The notes below the pieces were generated by a model, which was not told where the DNA came from, ran no database searches, and was given only the letters and a program-made list of their open reading frames with translations. Both the position numbers and the translations under genes were made by a program. Below are positions 1-9,118 of a stretch of 32,000 bases of DNA, piece by piece (the stretch's first letter is position 1; every line of letters starts with the position of its first letter). Location of the stretch: NCBI RefSeq assembly GCF_000008625.1, contig NC_000918.1, forward strand, positions 1,260,001 to 1,292,000, given 5' to 3'. The stretch comes from Aquifex aeolicus VF5 (GTDB lineage: Bacteria; Aquificota; Aquificia; Aquificales; Aquificaceae).

Positions 1-371
1 GGTGTGTGGGAGTCCGAACCGAGAAGCGTCTTTCCGGGTTTTGCGAACCTTTCTAAGTGAACTTGGTGACATATGCCGTTTCCGGGCTTTGAGAGCCATA
101 TACCGAACTTCTTAGCTACGCTCATCAAGTACTTGTGGTCGTCCGCGTTCCTGAAGTCCGTCTGGAGCATGTTGTGGTCTATGTAGGACACGGAGAGTTC
201 CGTCTTTACCTCGGGAACGCCCATCGCTTCGAACTCGAGGTAACACATAGTTCCCGTAGCGTCCTGAGTCAGAGTCTGGTCAATCTTTATCGCTATCTCC
301 TCACCGGGCTCCATTTTTCCCGAAACAAGGTGGTTTTTAATGATCTTCCACGCAACCGTCCCTTTAGCCAT
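1..371 (-). CDS. acn: Aconitate hydratase, N-terminal part (runs off the window)
   Basis: Reverse-strand translation from ATG at 371: [51 protein letters not shown]...[28 protein letters not shown]. The H-Q-V-H and GSDSHT motifs are typical of the aconitase family. Preceded by a GGAGGT Shine-Dalgarno. Confidence 0.9.
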   Translation of the reverse strand, partial: [123 protein letters not shown]

Positions 372-423
372 ACTGACCTCCTTTCAAAACAATTTTAAAA
401 CTTCATTTTAAAATTAGAAACCT

Positions 424-1197
424 TCAAAAGCCCAGCAACTCTTTTAACTTCCTGTAAGGATTCTCACTCTTCATAAGGGAAGTGCCTATTAAAAAGCCGT
501 CCACCTGATAATTCATAAGTTCAAGGATCTCCTCCCTTTTGGATATCCCGCTCTCGGAAATCACGAACTTCGCCCCGAGATCCTTTATCTTGGGTGCAAG
601 TTCCTTAGTTTTGTTTATATCAACTTTAAACGTTTCGAGATCCCTGTTGTTTATACCTATAATTTTTGCTCCGGCGTCGAGTGCCCTCTTTGCCTCGTCC
701 AAGGTGAATACCTCAACGAGTGGTGAGAGACCGAGCTCCTCGGAAAAATCGAGTAATTCCTTTAACTCCTTGTCTGAGAGCATTCTCACTATTAAGAGGA
801 CTATGTCCGCACCGTATGCCTTTGCTTCCAGTATTTGAACTTTGTGAACAGTGAAGTCCTTCCTCAGAAGCGGAAGTTTTACACTTTCCCTTACATTTCT
901 CAAATCCTCTAAAGAACCTTTGAAGTACTTTTCATCCGTCAGAACGGATATTGCAATCGCCCCAGCTTTTTCGTAGAGTTTTGCCTGTTCTTCCGGGTTA
1001 ACCTCCTTTATATTCCCTTCAGAAGGGGAGGCTTTTTTAACTTCTGCGATAATTTTAGTCCCGCAACTCGTGAGGGCTTTCTCAAAGTCGTAAAACTCCT
1101 TCCTCTCTTCTATTAATTCTTCAAGTTTCCTGAGGTATTCCGGGGAAGTGTCAATTTGACTCTCTTTGTAAGATCTTACCTCTTCTAAAAATCCCAT
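424..1197 (-). CDS. trpC: Indole-3-glycerol phosphate synthase
   Basis: 257 aa; KKASPSEG, LPLLRKDF, GINNRDL and ESGI motifs typical of TrpC. Confidence 0.97.
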   Translation of the reverse strand: MGFLEEVRSYKESQIDTSPEYLRKLEELIEERKEFYDFEKALTSCGTKIIAEVKKASPSEGNIKEVNPEEQAKLYEKAGAIAISVLTDEKYFKGSLEDLRNVRESVKLPLLRKDFTVHKVQILEAKAYGADIVLLIVRMLSDKELKELLDFSEELGLSPLVEVFTLDEAKRALDAGAKIIGINNRDLETFKVDINKTKELAPKIKDLGAKFVISESGISKREEILELMNYQVDGFLIGTSLMKSENPYRKLKELLGF

Positions 1198-2650
1198 AAC
1201 TAATTAAGATAGCGAGTTCTTCTCTCAAAATAATAAGAAAGACATAGTAGAACAGGGCGTAAATGGGGATAAAGGATACGAGGATAAACGGATTTTGAGT
1301 CAAAGACTCCGTTAAGTATACTAATCCTCCCATAAAAGATGAGGCGATAAGGTACTTTATCAGGTTTCCGAAGGGAATACTCACCTTTTGAGGGAGTTTT
1401 TGGTAGAGATATACAAGGACTGAGGAGGAAGAAATCAAAGCGGCGAGGGGAAAGGAGTAAACGCCGAAATTAAGCAGAAAGATAAATACTGAACCGAATA
1501 AAGCCTCCAGAAAGACGCTCAGGAAGGCACTTTTTGTGGGTATTTCCACGTTCTTTTTTGAGTAGTAGACGGTCTTTAGTATGTGCTGGAGTGAGTAAAA
1601 GGGAACGCTAAAGGCGTAAAGACTGAGAAGTCCCGATGTGTAGAAAAGGTCTTCCTCCGAAAAATTTCCCCTTTTGTAAAGTACGCTCACGATTTCCCGC
1701 GAAAGAAAGAAAAGTCCGAAGGAAGATGGAATACTCAACATTAAGGTGAGCTTTAAGGCTGTATCCGTGTCCTTTTCCTTATCTTTTTTTGTGGACACGA
1801 GGGCAAGGAGCGTATTGCTCAAACTTATTGAAAAAAGGCTTATAGGGAGAAGGTAAATCCTAGCAGCGTAGTAAACGTAGGAGATGCTACCTACTTTCAG
1901 GAAAGATGCGAGAAAGGTATCTACAAATAGGGAAAGCTGGTTCGCGGAAAATCCTCCTAGCGTAAATAAAAACTTCTTTAAAAAGGTTTTAATCTCTCTA
2001 TCTAAAGAAAACTTCGGGATTTTCAGGAGTTTTTCCTTAAAAAGCAAAAAAGTGTTTGGAATTATTTGGAAAAGTCCTCCGATCAAAACCGCGAGTGCGA
2101 GAGAGTAATGTCCCAAGGTGTGGAAAAGAATTACCAAAGAAAGTATAAAACCTAAGTTGAAGAGCGTTTGAGAGACGGAAGGAACGAAGAACTTTCCCTG
2201 AACGAGGAGTATAGCCATACTGTACGCGTAAAAGGAAACTAGGGGAAGGTACAGAATCGTGAACTTCAGAAACTCAACAGCGTAACTAAAAGTCTCCTTT
2301 TCCTTTATACCGGGAGAAATTACGGAGATAATTTCCTCGGGAAAGAGCAAACCGATAATAACAACGGAAAGAGAAAAAGTTATCAGGAGTCCGAAGGTTT
2401 TCCTTAAAAATTCCTCTTCCCTGTTTTGCTTTACAGCTTCACCGTAGAAAGGGATAAATACCGCGTTAAATCCTCCCTCTCCAAAAATCCTCCTGAAGGC
2501 GTTCGGTATTCTAAAGGCTATGAAGAAGGCGTCGGATACTGCACTCGCACCGAAGTAATAGGCTACCGTTGCGTCCCTGACGTAACCGAAAATCCTGCTG
2601 AGAAGTATTCCTAAGGAAAATAGGAGGGAAGCGCGAAAGAGGGAAGGCAA
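1151..2650 (-). CDS. murJ: Lipid II flippase MurJ/MviN family
   Basis: 499 aa polytopic protein; ILLSRIFGYVRD, FFIAFRIPNAFRRIFGEGGFNAVFIP are hallmark N-terminal MurJ motifs. TTG start at 2650. Confidence 0.96.
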   Translation of the reverse strand: MPSLFRASLLFSLGILLSRIFGYVRDATVAYYFGASAVSDAFFIAFRIPNAFRRIFGEGGFNAVFIPFYGEAVKQNREEEFLRKTFGLLITFSLSVVIIGLLFPEEIISVISPGIKEKETFSYAVEFLKFTILYLPLVSFYAYSMAILLVQGKFFVPSVSQTLFNLGFILSLVILFHTLGHYSLALAVLIGGLFQIIPNTFLLFKEKLLKIPKFSLDREIKTFLKKFLFTLGGFSANQLSLFVDTFLASFLKVGSISYVYYAARIYLLPISLFSISLSNTLLALVSTKKDKEKDTDTALKLTLMLSIPSSFGLFFLSREIVSVLYKRGNFSEEDLFYTSGLLSLYAFSVPFYSLQHILKTVYYSKKNVEIPTKSAFLSVFLEALFGSVFIFLLNFGVYSFPLAALISSSSVLVYLYQKLPQKVSIPFGNLIKYLIASSFMGGLVYLTESLTQNPFILVSFIPIYALFYYVFLIILREELAILISYGIFRRGKILQRESN

Positions 2651-2654
2651 GTTT

Positions 2655-3800
2655 TTAGTCCATATCCTCTTTTTCTATTTTTTGTTCCTCGGATAACTTC
2701 TCGACTTCCGTGTCGTAGAACCTGTTTTCGAGCTTCTTGAGAACTTTCGGGAGCGTTGTATACTCCATCTCTTCCGCAGGGAGTCTGTGAGGTTCGAATA
2801 TTCCCTGTCTCCTGAGTATATCCGCCATATCTTGAGCTACCTGTCTTGCCTTATCAAAGGCAGGATCTTTGAACATATCAGCAGGTCCAATGAGTTTTCC
2901 GTTGGCGAGCTGGTATCCCGCACCTATTACTCTGGGAGGTCCGTCAAATCTGGAGGGTCTTGCGTCTTCAAAGGAAACGGGCATTAAAGGTCCGTTGTGG
3001 GAACCCCTCATCCATCCTTCAACTATCCAGGGTCTTGCAAAGGGTTCGAGAATTTCTCCCACTGCGGGAAATCCGCTCTGAGCCCTCACGATCAGGACGG
3101 GGTCGTCCTTTCCTACGTACTGACCCGCTATGAGTGAAAGCCTTTGAGTTGAAGCCGTTGCGGCAATTTCCCCGTCGTAATTCCTGTAAACGTTCTTAAC
3201 GACGTACTTTCCGACGGAACCTATTAACGCAAGGAGATCGTAGACTTCAGCAGGGGTATTAAGCTTTACCGCCTTTCCCGTGTAAACGTCCAGAACTTCA
3301 AAGGTAAATCCGTCGTGCATTTTGGGGTCTATTACGAGCCCGGCTGTGTTCATGGGATCTGCGAACATCTCGTAAAGCGGTAAGTTCCAAGCACTCGGAG
3401 AAGTTTTGTCCGCAAAGAACACTATTACGGGTTCAGAGGGTCTTTCTTCAAACTCCATTTCCGCTACGCCCGGACCCATTCCCTTAACGTTTCCGCTGAA
3501 GGTATCCGTGAGGAGGTCCTGTCCCGCTCCGTAGAGTTTTAACTTCTTTGCGACTTCCGTTCCCTTCATAAAGGCGTCCCAAGCTATCTTGTGAACCAGT
3601 TCCGCGTCCACTCCGTGAGTATGAGTCATAACTATCGCTATATCGTCACCGCAGGTCAAAATATCACAGTCTATGAGGTTTCCCTTCTCTACTTCTTTTT
3701 CAACGTGTTCTCTTACAGCGTTTACAACATCAGGGTGAGTTGAAGAGTGTCCCACAAACCCCCCTATGTCCGCCTTAATCACGCTCAAAGTTACCTTCAT
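2655..3800 (-). CDS. fbp: Fructose-1,6-bisphosphate aldolase/phosphatase (class V, archaeal-type bifunctional)
   Basis: 381 aa starting MKVTLSVIKADIGGFVGHSSTHPDV, with DDIAIVMTHTHG and FEDARPSRFDGPPRVIGAGYQLANG; preceded by AAGGGAGGT Shine-Dalgarno. Confidence 0.93.
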   Translation of the reverse strand: MKVTLSVIKADIGGFVGHSSTHPDVVNAVREHVEKEVEKGNLIDCDILTCGDDIAIVMTHTHGVDAELVHKIAWDAFMKGTEVAKKLKLYGAGQDLLTDTFSGNVKGMGPGVAEMEFEERPSEPVIVFFADKTSPSAWNLPLYEMFADPMNTAGLVIDPKMHDGFTFEVLDVYTGKAVKLNTPAEVYDLLALIGSVGKYVVKNVYRNYDGEIAATASTQRLSLIAGQYVGKDDPVLIVRAQSGFPAVGEILEPFARPWIVEGWMRGSHNGPLMPVSFEDARPSRFDGPPRVIGAGYQLANGKLIGPADMFKDPAFDKARQVAQDMADILRRQGIFEPHRLPAEEMEYTTLPKVLKKLENRFYDTEVEKLSEEQKIEKEDMD

Positions 3801-3812
3801 AATTTACCTCCC

Positions 3813-4196
3813 TTAAACTTTTAGCTCTTCAATTTTCTTTTCTATCTCGGATAGTTTTTCTTTGAGGGCTTCAACTTCCTTCATTATCTTGGGATTGTAG
3901 GCTATTTCACCTTTGGATATGTACTTCGCCCTGTTCTTGAGCTCTTTTATCCTTCTCCTGATTCTCCTGTACTCCCTCAGGTAGAACCACCTCGCTATTG
4001 CGGAAGCGGTTTTTAATATATCCTTGTCGTACCACCTGAGTTCTCTTTTGAACCTCCTCCTTTCCCTCGGTGGTGCATGCATGCAGAGTATCTGTATTTC
4101 CTTTCCCCTGCCGTCTTTTACTAAATTCTCCATTACGCTCTGGAAGGAACCTTGGTACTTTTTCTTCTCATCGCCTATCTTAACCCACAATTCCAT
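3813..4196 (-). CDS. Hypothetical protein, basic centre with coiled-coil-like C-terminus
   Basis: 127 aa ORF in the gap between fbp and the regulator; Arg-rich centre (RERRRFKRELRW, REYRRIRRRIKEL) and heptad-like tail. Confidence 0.7.
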   Translation of the reverse strand: MELWVKIGDEKKKYQGSFQSVMENLVKDGRGKEIQILCMHAPPRERRRFKRELRWYDKDILKTASAIARWFYLREYRRIRRRIKELKNRAKYISKGEIAYNPKIMKEVEALKEKLSEIEKKIEELKV

Positions 4197-4236
4197 TTCC
4201 GAACCTCCGTTTCGTGTGGTGGACTAATATATTTTA

Positions 4237-5730
4237 TTAAAATTTCTTAAGTTCTATGCCGTACTTCTTTATCCTGTAATCCAGCTGCCTTAAGGTGTAG
4301 CCGAGGAGTTTTGCCGCACGTGATTTTACGTAACCCGTTTTCTCCAGAGCTTCTATTATCCTTTTCTTCTCCGTCTCCTCTATAAACTTCGGAAGGTCAC
4401 CCGTTTTCCTTTCTCTCTTCCTCAAAAGTTCGGGAAGTTCAGAAGAGGTAACTCTTCCGTTGTTTAAGATGACGACCCTTTCTAGTATGTTTATCAATTC
4501 CCTTATATTACCTGGATAATCGTACTCCAGTAAAACTTCCAAAGCGTCTTCCGAGAGGTAAACTTCCTTGCCGTACTTCTTATTCAATTCCTTTAAGTAA
4601 TACTCAATCAATATCGGGATGTCTTCCTTCCTTTCCCTGAGGGGCGGAACGTAAAGAGGTACAACGTTTATCCTGTAGTAAAGATCTTCCCTGAACTTGC
4701 CTTCTTTGACTAGTTTTTCAAGGTCTTTGTTCGTTGCCGTTATTATCCTCACGTCCACTTTTATAGGTTTTTCACTTCCGAGTCTCTCAATCTCCCTTTC
4801 CTGAAGGGCTCTCAGGAGTTTTGCCTGGAGGGAAAGGGGCATGTCCCCTATCTCGTCGAGGAAGATGGTACCCCCGTTTGCCAGTTCAAACTTTCCTTTT
4901 TTAGTCGTATAAGCTCCCGTAAAGGCTCCCTTTTCGTACCCGAAGAGCTCCGACTCCAGAAGAGTTTCCGGAATGGAGGCACAGTTTACGGTAAGGAAGG
5001 GCTTTTCCCTCCTGCTGCTCTCGTAGTGGATTATCCTCGCAATTAAGCTCTTTCCAGTCCCGCTTTCTCCGAGTATGAGAACGGTGCTGTCGGTTTTCGC
5101 CACCTTTTCTATAGTGTCTATTAATTCCCTCATAACCTTACTCTTTCCGATGAGACCGTGAAGGGAATACTTTTCGCTCAGTTCCCTCGTCAGTTCCTTT
5201 CTCTGCTCTTCCCAAGCTTTTTTCTCACTCTCAAACTTTTCCCTTAACTTGAAAAACATACCGAGGAGGTTTCCGATTACGTTAATCGTCTGGTAGAAGT
5301 TCTCTAGACTCTCTTTATCACTAAACTCCTTGAATATCGTAATAACACCCTTAACCTCTCCACCAACCTTTATGGGAGCTGCTATGAGAGCGTGTTTTTC
5401 CGTGAGAAGCCTGCCTATTCCCGTTTTATTGGCAAAGGCGGAATTGTGTTTTACGTTAGGTATAACGAGGGGAATCCCCCTCTGGAACACCTTACCCGTT
5501 ATCCCTTCACCTTTTTTAAATGCCACGTCCTTATTCAGAAAGTACCCGTAAGAACTAGCAATCCTTAAGGTATTACCCTCCCTTATTGCTATAAAACTGT
5601 GTTCCACACCGAGGTAAGAGTAAAGGACCTTCAAAACTTCCTTTAAGCTCTCTTCAAAGGTATAATCACCCGTGAGGATTTTCGTTATCTCGTTTACAAC
5701 GTTTATCTCCTTTAATTTCAGTCTCTCCAT
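4237..5730 (-). CDS. Sigma54-dependent transcriptional activator, NifA/NtrC-like (GAF - AAA+ - Fis-type HTH)
   Basis: 497 aa; N-terminal GAF-like domain, Walker A GESGTGKS, GAFTGA loop, GGTIFLDEIGDMP Walker B, C-terminal HTH (GYVKSRAAKLLGYTLRQLDYRIKKYGI). No response-regulator receiver domain. Confidence 0.95.
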   Translation of the reverse strand: MERLKLKEINVVNEITKILTGDYTFEESLKEVLKVLYSYLGVEHSFIAIREGNTLRIASSYGYFLNKDVAFKKGEGITGKVFQRGIPLVIPNVKHNSAFANKTGIGRLLTEKHALIAAPIKVGGEVKGVITIFKEFSDKESLENFYQTINVIGNLLGMFFKLREKFESEKKAWEEQRKELTRELSEKYSLHGLIGKSKVMRELIDTIEKVAKTDSTVLILGESGTGKSLIARIIHYESSRREKPFLTVNCASIPETLLESELFGYEKGAFTGAYTTKKGKFELANGGTIFLDEIGDMPLSLQAKLLRALQEREIERLGSEKPIKVDVRIITATNKDLEKLVKEGKFREDLYYRINVVPLYVPPLRERKEDIPILIEYYLKELNKKYGKEVYLSEDALEVLLEYDYPGNIRELINILERVVILNNGRVTSSELPELLRKRERKTGDLPKFIEETEKKRIIEALEKTGYVKSRAAKLLGYTLRQLDYRIKKYGIELKKF

Positions 5731-5736
5731 TTATTT

Positions 5737-5961
5737 TTAATTTAGCTTTTCAAGAACTTTCTTCGGAACGAAGCGCCTTACCTTTTCACTGTTTAAAACC
5801 TTTTTCACAAAGTTCGGATAGGCTTTGTAAAAGCAAAAGAGCGCAGGAATGAAAAAGGGGCTTGACGGAATTATCGGTAGTATAAGACCTATAATTCCGA
5901 ATATTGAAAGGATAACTCCGCAAATCACGTAAAGAAACTTCATTTTCCTTCCCTTTTCCAC
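5737..5961 (-). CDS. DUF454 (YbaN-like) small membrane protein
   Basis: 74 aa; VICGVILSIFGIIGLILPIIPSSPFFIPALFCFYKA matches the DUF454 pattern. An internal ATG (MKFLYV) at 5943 may be the true start. Confidence 0.8.
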   Translation of the reverse strand: MEKGRKMKFLYVICGVILSIFGIIGLILPIIPSSPFFIPALFCFYKAYPNFVKKVLNSEKVRRFVPKKVLEKLN

Positions 5962-6704
5962 AACAAATAACTTACGCTTATAACTCCGAATAAGTATATA
6001 AGTAAAGTGTTTGAAAATGCCACGAAGTAGGTCAGGAAAAAGAGAGGCGGAAATAAATGACTCATAACAAACTGAAACAGGAAGATAAAAAGGGAAAAGA
6101 AACCTATTACAAAAGACGAAAATAGGACTTCTAAGGAAAAGGCGAGTTTCCAGAGGAGCTTTGAAAAAGGAGCGGTCAAGAATAAAAAGAAAAAGTCCCT
6201 AGGCGTTTGCCCTTCTATAACCGTTCTCGCAAAAAACACGGGATAGGAGGTAATTATCCAGAAGTACAGGATTAAAAGAAGAACTATAAAAATCAAGTAG
6301 GCGATAATAAAGTCCGTTCCGAAAGTAAATACGGTAATCCCTGTTATTAATCCTAATATCAACAGAGAAACGAACAACAAAATCAGGTAAGCTACCGTCA
6401 TGGCATAGGTCGCAAACGTCAGTGTTACGGCGTGCGGAAGGTAGGTTTTTAAGGCCTGTGCAAGTTTAGTTCTTTCTATTTCCCTTTTATATTCTTCTTC
6501 ATTTCCTTTCACCTTAAGGTAGAGTTTTGAAAAGTAAATAATGAGTGAAAAATTCACAACGTTGTGTATAAAGAAGGCAAATACATTCATTACAGGAATT
6601 AAAAAGAGAAAGTTCAAAAGTGTAAAAAGGATAATAAGTTCGGCGGTTAAGCGGAAATTTTGGAAAAGTGTGATGGACCACACATTAAGAGCGTGCTTCC
6701 ACAT
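5940..6704 (-). CDS. Multi-pass membrane protein of unknown function
   Basis: The ORF track gives 5940..6797. The first 31 aa overlap the start of the divergent gene and lack membrane-protein character; MWKHALNVWSITLFQNF at 6704 is the more likely start. Several hydrophobic helices. Confidence 0.75.
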   Translation of the reverse strand: MWKHALNVWSITLFQNFRLTAELIILFTLLNFLFLIPVMNVFAFFIHNVVNFSLIIYFSKLYLKVKGNEEEYKREIERTKLAQALKTYLPHAVTLTFATYAMTVAYLILLFVSLLILGLITGITVFTFGTDFIIAYLIFIVLLLILYFWIITSYPVFFARTVIEGQTPRDFFFLFLTAPFSKLLWKLAFSLEVLFSSFVIGFFSLFIFLFQFVMSHLFPPLFFLTYFVAFSNTLLIYLFGVISVSYLLWKREGK

Positions 6705-6720
6705 TCTAAAATGAGTATAC

Positions 6721-7503
6721 ATGAGAATACTTGCCATCGGAGACATCATAGGCAGACCCGGAAGGAAAGCCTTAAGAGAACTCCTGCCGCAACTCAAGGA
6801 AGAGGTAGCCTACGACGTCGTTATAGCAAACGTTGAAAACTCCGCAGGAGGCTTTGGGATAACCAAGAAGGTTTACGAGGAGCTCCTTGAGATAGGCATA
6901 GATGTAATGACTTCGGGAAATCACATCTGGGATAAGAAGGAGGTTTACAACTTCATCGGTGAAGCCTACAACCTTCTGAGACCAGCAAATTACCCCGAAG
7001 GCGTTCCCGGGAGGGGTTACGGGATATTCAAGAAAAACGGCGTTGAGTTCGCGGTAATAAACCTTATGGGAAAGGTTTTCATGGACTGTAACCTAGAAAA
7101 TCCATTCAAAACCTTTGACAGGATATACGATGAACTGAAGGACAAGGTAAAGATAATTGTCGTAGACTTTCACGCAGAAGCTACTTCCGAGAAGTGGGCT
7201 TTCGGGATTTACGTGGACGGGAGGGCTTCCTTTGTGTACGGCACGCACACACACGTCCCCACCGCGGATGAATTTATCCTGAAAAAGGGAACTGGTTACG
7301 TGAGCGATATCGGAATGACTGGTGTATGGTACTCCGCAATAGGAATGAAACCAAAGGAGGCGATAGAACGTTTTCTTTTAAGCCTGCCGAGGAGGTTTGA
7401 AGTGGAGGATAAAGGAGAGATAATGTTCAACGCAGTTCTCGTTGACATAGATGAAGAAACAGGTAAAACTAAGAGTATAGAGAGGATAAAGAGGTTCCTA
7501 TGA
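6721..7503 (+). CDS. YmdB/TIGR00282-family metallophosphoesterase (putative 2',3'-cyclic nucleotide phosphodiesterase)
   Basis: 260 aa; MRILAIGDIIGRPGR, ENSAGGFGIT, TSGNHIWDKKE, VDFHAEATSEK, GTHTHVPTADE. Confidence 0.94.
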   Translation: MRILAIGDIIGRPGRKALRELLPQLKEEVAYDVVIANVENSAGGFGITKKVYEELLEIGIDVMTSGNHIWDKKEVYNFIGEAYNLLRPANYPEGVPGRGYGIFKKNGVEFAVINLMGKVFMDCNLENPFKTFDRIYDELKDKVKIIVVDFHAEATSEKWAFGIYVDGRASFVYGTHTHVPTADEFILKKGTGYVSDIGMTGVWYSAIGMKPKEAIERFLLSLPRRFEVEDKGEIMFNAVLVDIDEETGKTKSIERIKRFL

Positions 7504-8042
7504 GGGAGGTAATAACGCTTCTCTTTGCACTCGTTTCGTTTATACACGGAAGCATTTCGGAGAAGTACGAACTATACAGAGAGTTTTTAGAAACAAAGAA
7601 TGTAAAACTCGCGGAGAAAATTCTCAGAAAGTATCCGAACGCACCTTTTAAGAACGAGCTTTATATATTTCTTATTGAGAAGTACTACAGGACGAACCCG
7701 CGTAAGGCGAAAATTTTTATAAAAAAGCTGAACGTAAAAAGAATTCCGTATTACAAGGTAAAGGAATTTGTAAAGATTTACAAAAAGCTGGGACTTAATT
7801 TAAAACCTTTTGTGGTACAATATCCCGAGTTTTTCTTAAAAGATTTAAGAAAGTTCAAACTTTCCCAGGAGGAAAGGGAAAAAATAGCAAAGAGATTGTA
7901 CAGATTGAGGAAGTACAGGTACGTACTGAAATTAACAAAGGACTGTTACCTCAAGGGAAAAACTTATTACAGATTAGAAAAGTACAAAATAGCGGAAAGG
8001 ATATTAAAAAACTGTCCAAAGAAAGAGCCCAAAAGTTTTTGA
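7500..8042 (+). CDS. N-terminal (signal peptide plus helical/TPR) part of a lytic transglycosylase, apparently frameshifted
   Basis: 180 aa with signal peptide MREVITLLFALVSFIHGS; helical-repeat character continues directly into the next ORF in the -1 frame at AAAAGTTTTTGATT. Confidence 0.75.
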   Translation: MREVITLLFALVSFIHGSISEKYELYREFLETKNVKLAEKILRKYPNAPFKNELYIFLIEKYYRTNPRKAKIFIKKLNVKRIPYYKVKEFVKIYKKLGLNLKPFVVQYPEFFLKDLRKFKLSQEEREKIAKRLYRLRKYRYVLKLTKDCYLKGKTYYRLEKYKIAERILKNCPKKEPKSF

Positions 8043-9118
8043 TTTACGTTTACCTAAAGCAACGTGCCTATAAAAAAGCCGAAAAATTTGTAAGGAGTAA
8101 GAAAAATCCTGAGCTTTACTTTATCCTTGGAAGGGAGTTATTAGAAAGGGGACTTGCGAACAGAGCTATTACTTTTCTGAAAAACTCTATGAATACGGAA
8201 GCGAACTTTTCCCTTGGCTTGGCTTACTACCTGAAAAAAGACTACGAGAAGGCTAAACACTACTTTTTGAGCTACCATCCGCCAGACGAACTGGGAAAAG
8301 GAAAAAGAGATTTCTGGCTTTTTAAAACGTATCTTCAGCTGGGAAACTCCGAGAAAGCTCTTGATTACTTAAAAAAGGCTTCTTCTTACGATAACTTCTA
8401 CGGAGCTGTTTCAAGAAAGTTATTAGGTTTGAGGGTGTATAAACCTGTTCAGTTTTCTTCCGTTGAACCGCCGAGGTTGTTTCCCGAACTTTACAGAATA
8501 AGAGAATTGGGATTTTTGTCTTACATGCGATATGAAGCTTTCAGGCATGAACACCTGGCTACCACGGGAGATGTCCTTTTGATTTCAAGGATTGATCCGT
8601 ACACGTCAATAAGACTCGCCGTAAAAAAGTACGGTGTGAAGTCGGAAATATACAGGGTGGTTTCTCATCCCACTCCCTACGAAAATCTGGTTTTTGAAGC
8701 TGCCCAAAAGTTTGAAGTACCGGTTCCCCTTATATACGCAGTTATGAGACAGGAAAGTTTATTTGATCCGTACGCTGTTTCCTCTTCAGGAGCAAAGGGG
8801 TTGATGCAGTTGATTGATTCAACTGCGAGGTGGAAGGCGAAAAGGCTCGGTTTAAAGATCAGGAGCGTGTTTGATCCAGAGACGAATATAACACTCGGTA
8901 CAGCTTACCTGGCTTTTTTAATGGATTACTGGAACGGAGATTTAATTAGAGTTATTGCTTCTTACAACGCCGGACATGGAGCCGTTAGTAGATGGAAGAG
9001 GTACGAGGACGACTTCTTATTTATAGAACTGATTCCCTACAACGAAACGAGGAATTACGTAAAAAGGGTTTTATACAATTACTACGTTTATTCGGAAAAG
9101 TTAGAAAAGGGTCTCTGA
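8039..9118 (+). CDS. slt: C-terminal part of soluble lytic murein transglycosylase (TPR plus SLT catalytic domain)
   Basis: 359 aa; VPLIYAVMRQESLFDPYAVSSSGAKGLMQLIDSTA and IRVIASYNAGHGAVSRW are SLT-domain motifs (catalytic Glu in RQES). No signal peptide of its own; TTG start overlaps the preceding TGA. Confidence 0.9.
   Translation: MIYVYLKQRAYKKAEKFVRSKKNPELYFILGRELLERGLANRAITFLKNSMNTEANFSLGLAYYLKKDYEKAKHYFLSYHPPDELGKGKRDFWLFKTYLQLGNSEKALDYLKKASSYDNFYGAVSRKLLGLRVYKPVQFSSVEPPRLFPELYRIRELGFLSYMRYEAFRHEHLATTGDVLLISRIDPYTSIRLAVKKYGVKSEIYRVVSHPTPYENLVFEAAQKFEVPVPLIYAVMRQESLFDPYAVSSSGAKGLMQLIDSTARWKAKRLGLKIRSVFDPETNITLGTAYLAFLMDYWNGDLIRVIASYNAGHGAVSRWKRYEDDFLFIELIPYNETRNYVKRVLYNYYVYSEKLEKGL

Noticed and set aside
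135-398. 87-aa plus-strand ORF at the window start
   Set aside because: Antisense to aconitase, whose reading frame is clear on the minus strand.
4070-4090. TGCATGCATGCA alternating motif
   Set aside because: Short and inside a coding ORF; no flanking repeats to suggest a regulatory or recombination site.
8025-8045. Programmed -1 frameshift (dnaX/IS-like) at the slt junction
   Set aside because: No canonical X XXY YYZ heptamer in the zero frame and no downstream stem-loop was demonstrated. Kept only as a secondary hypothesis behind a missing base or sequencing error.
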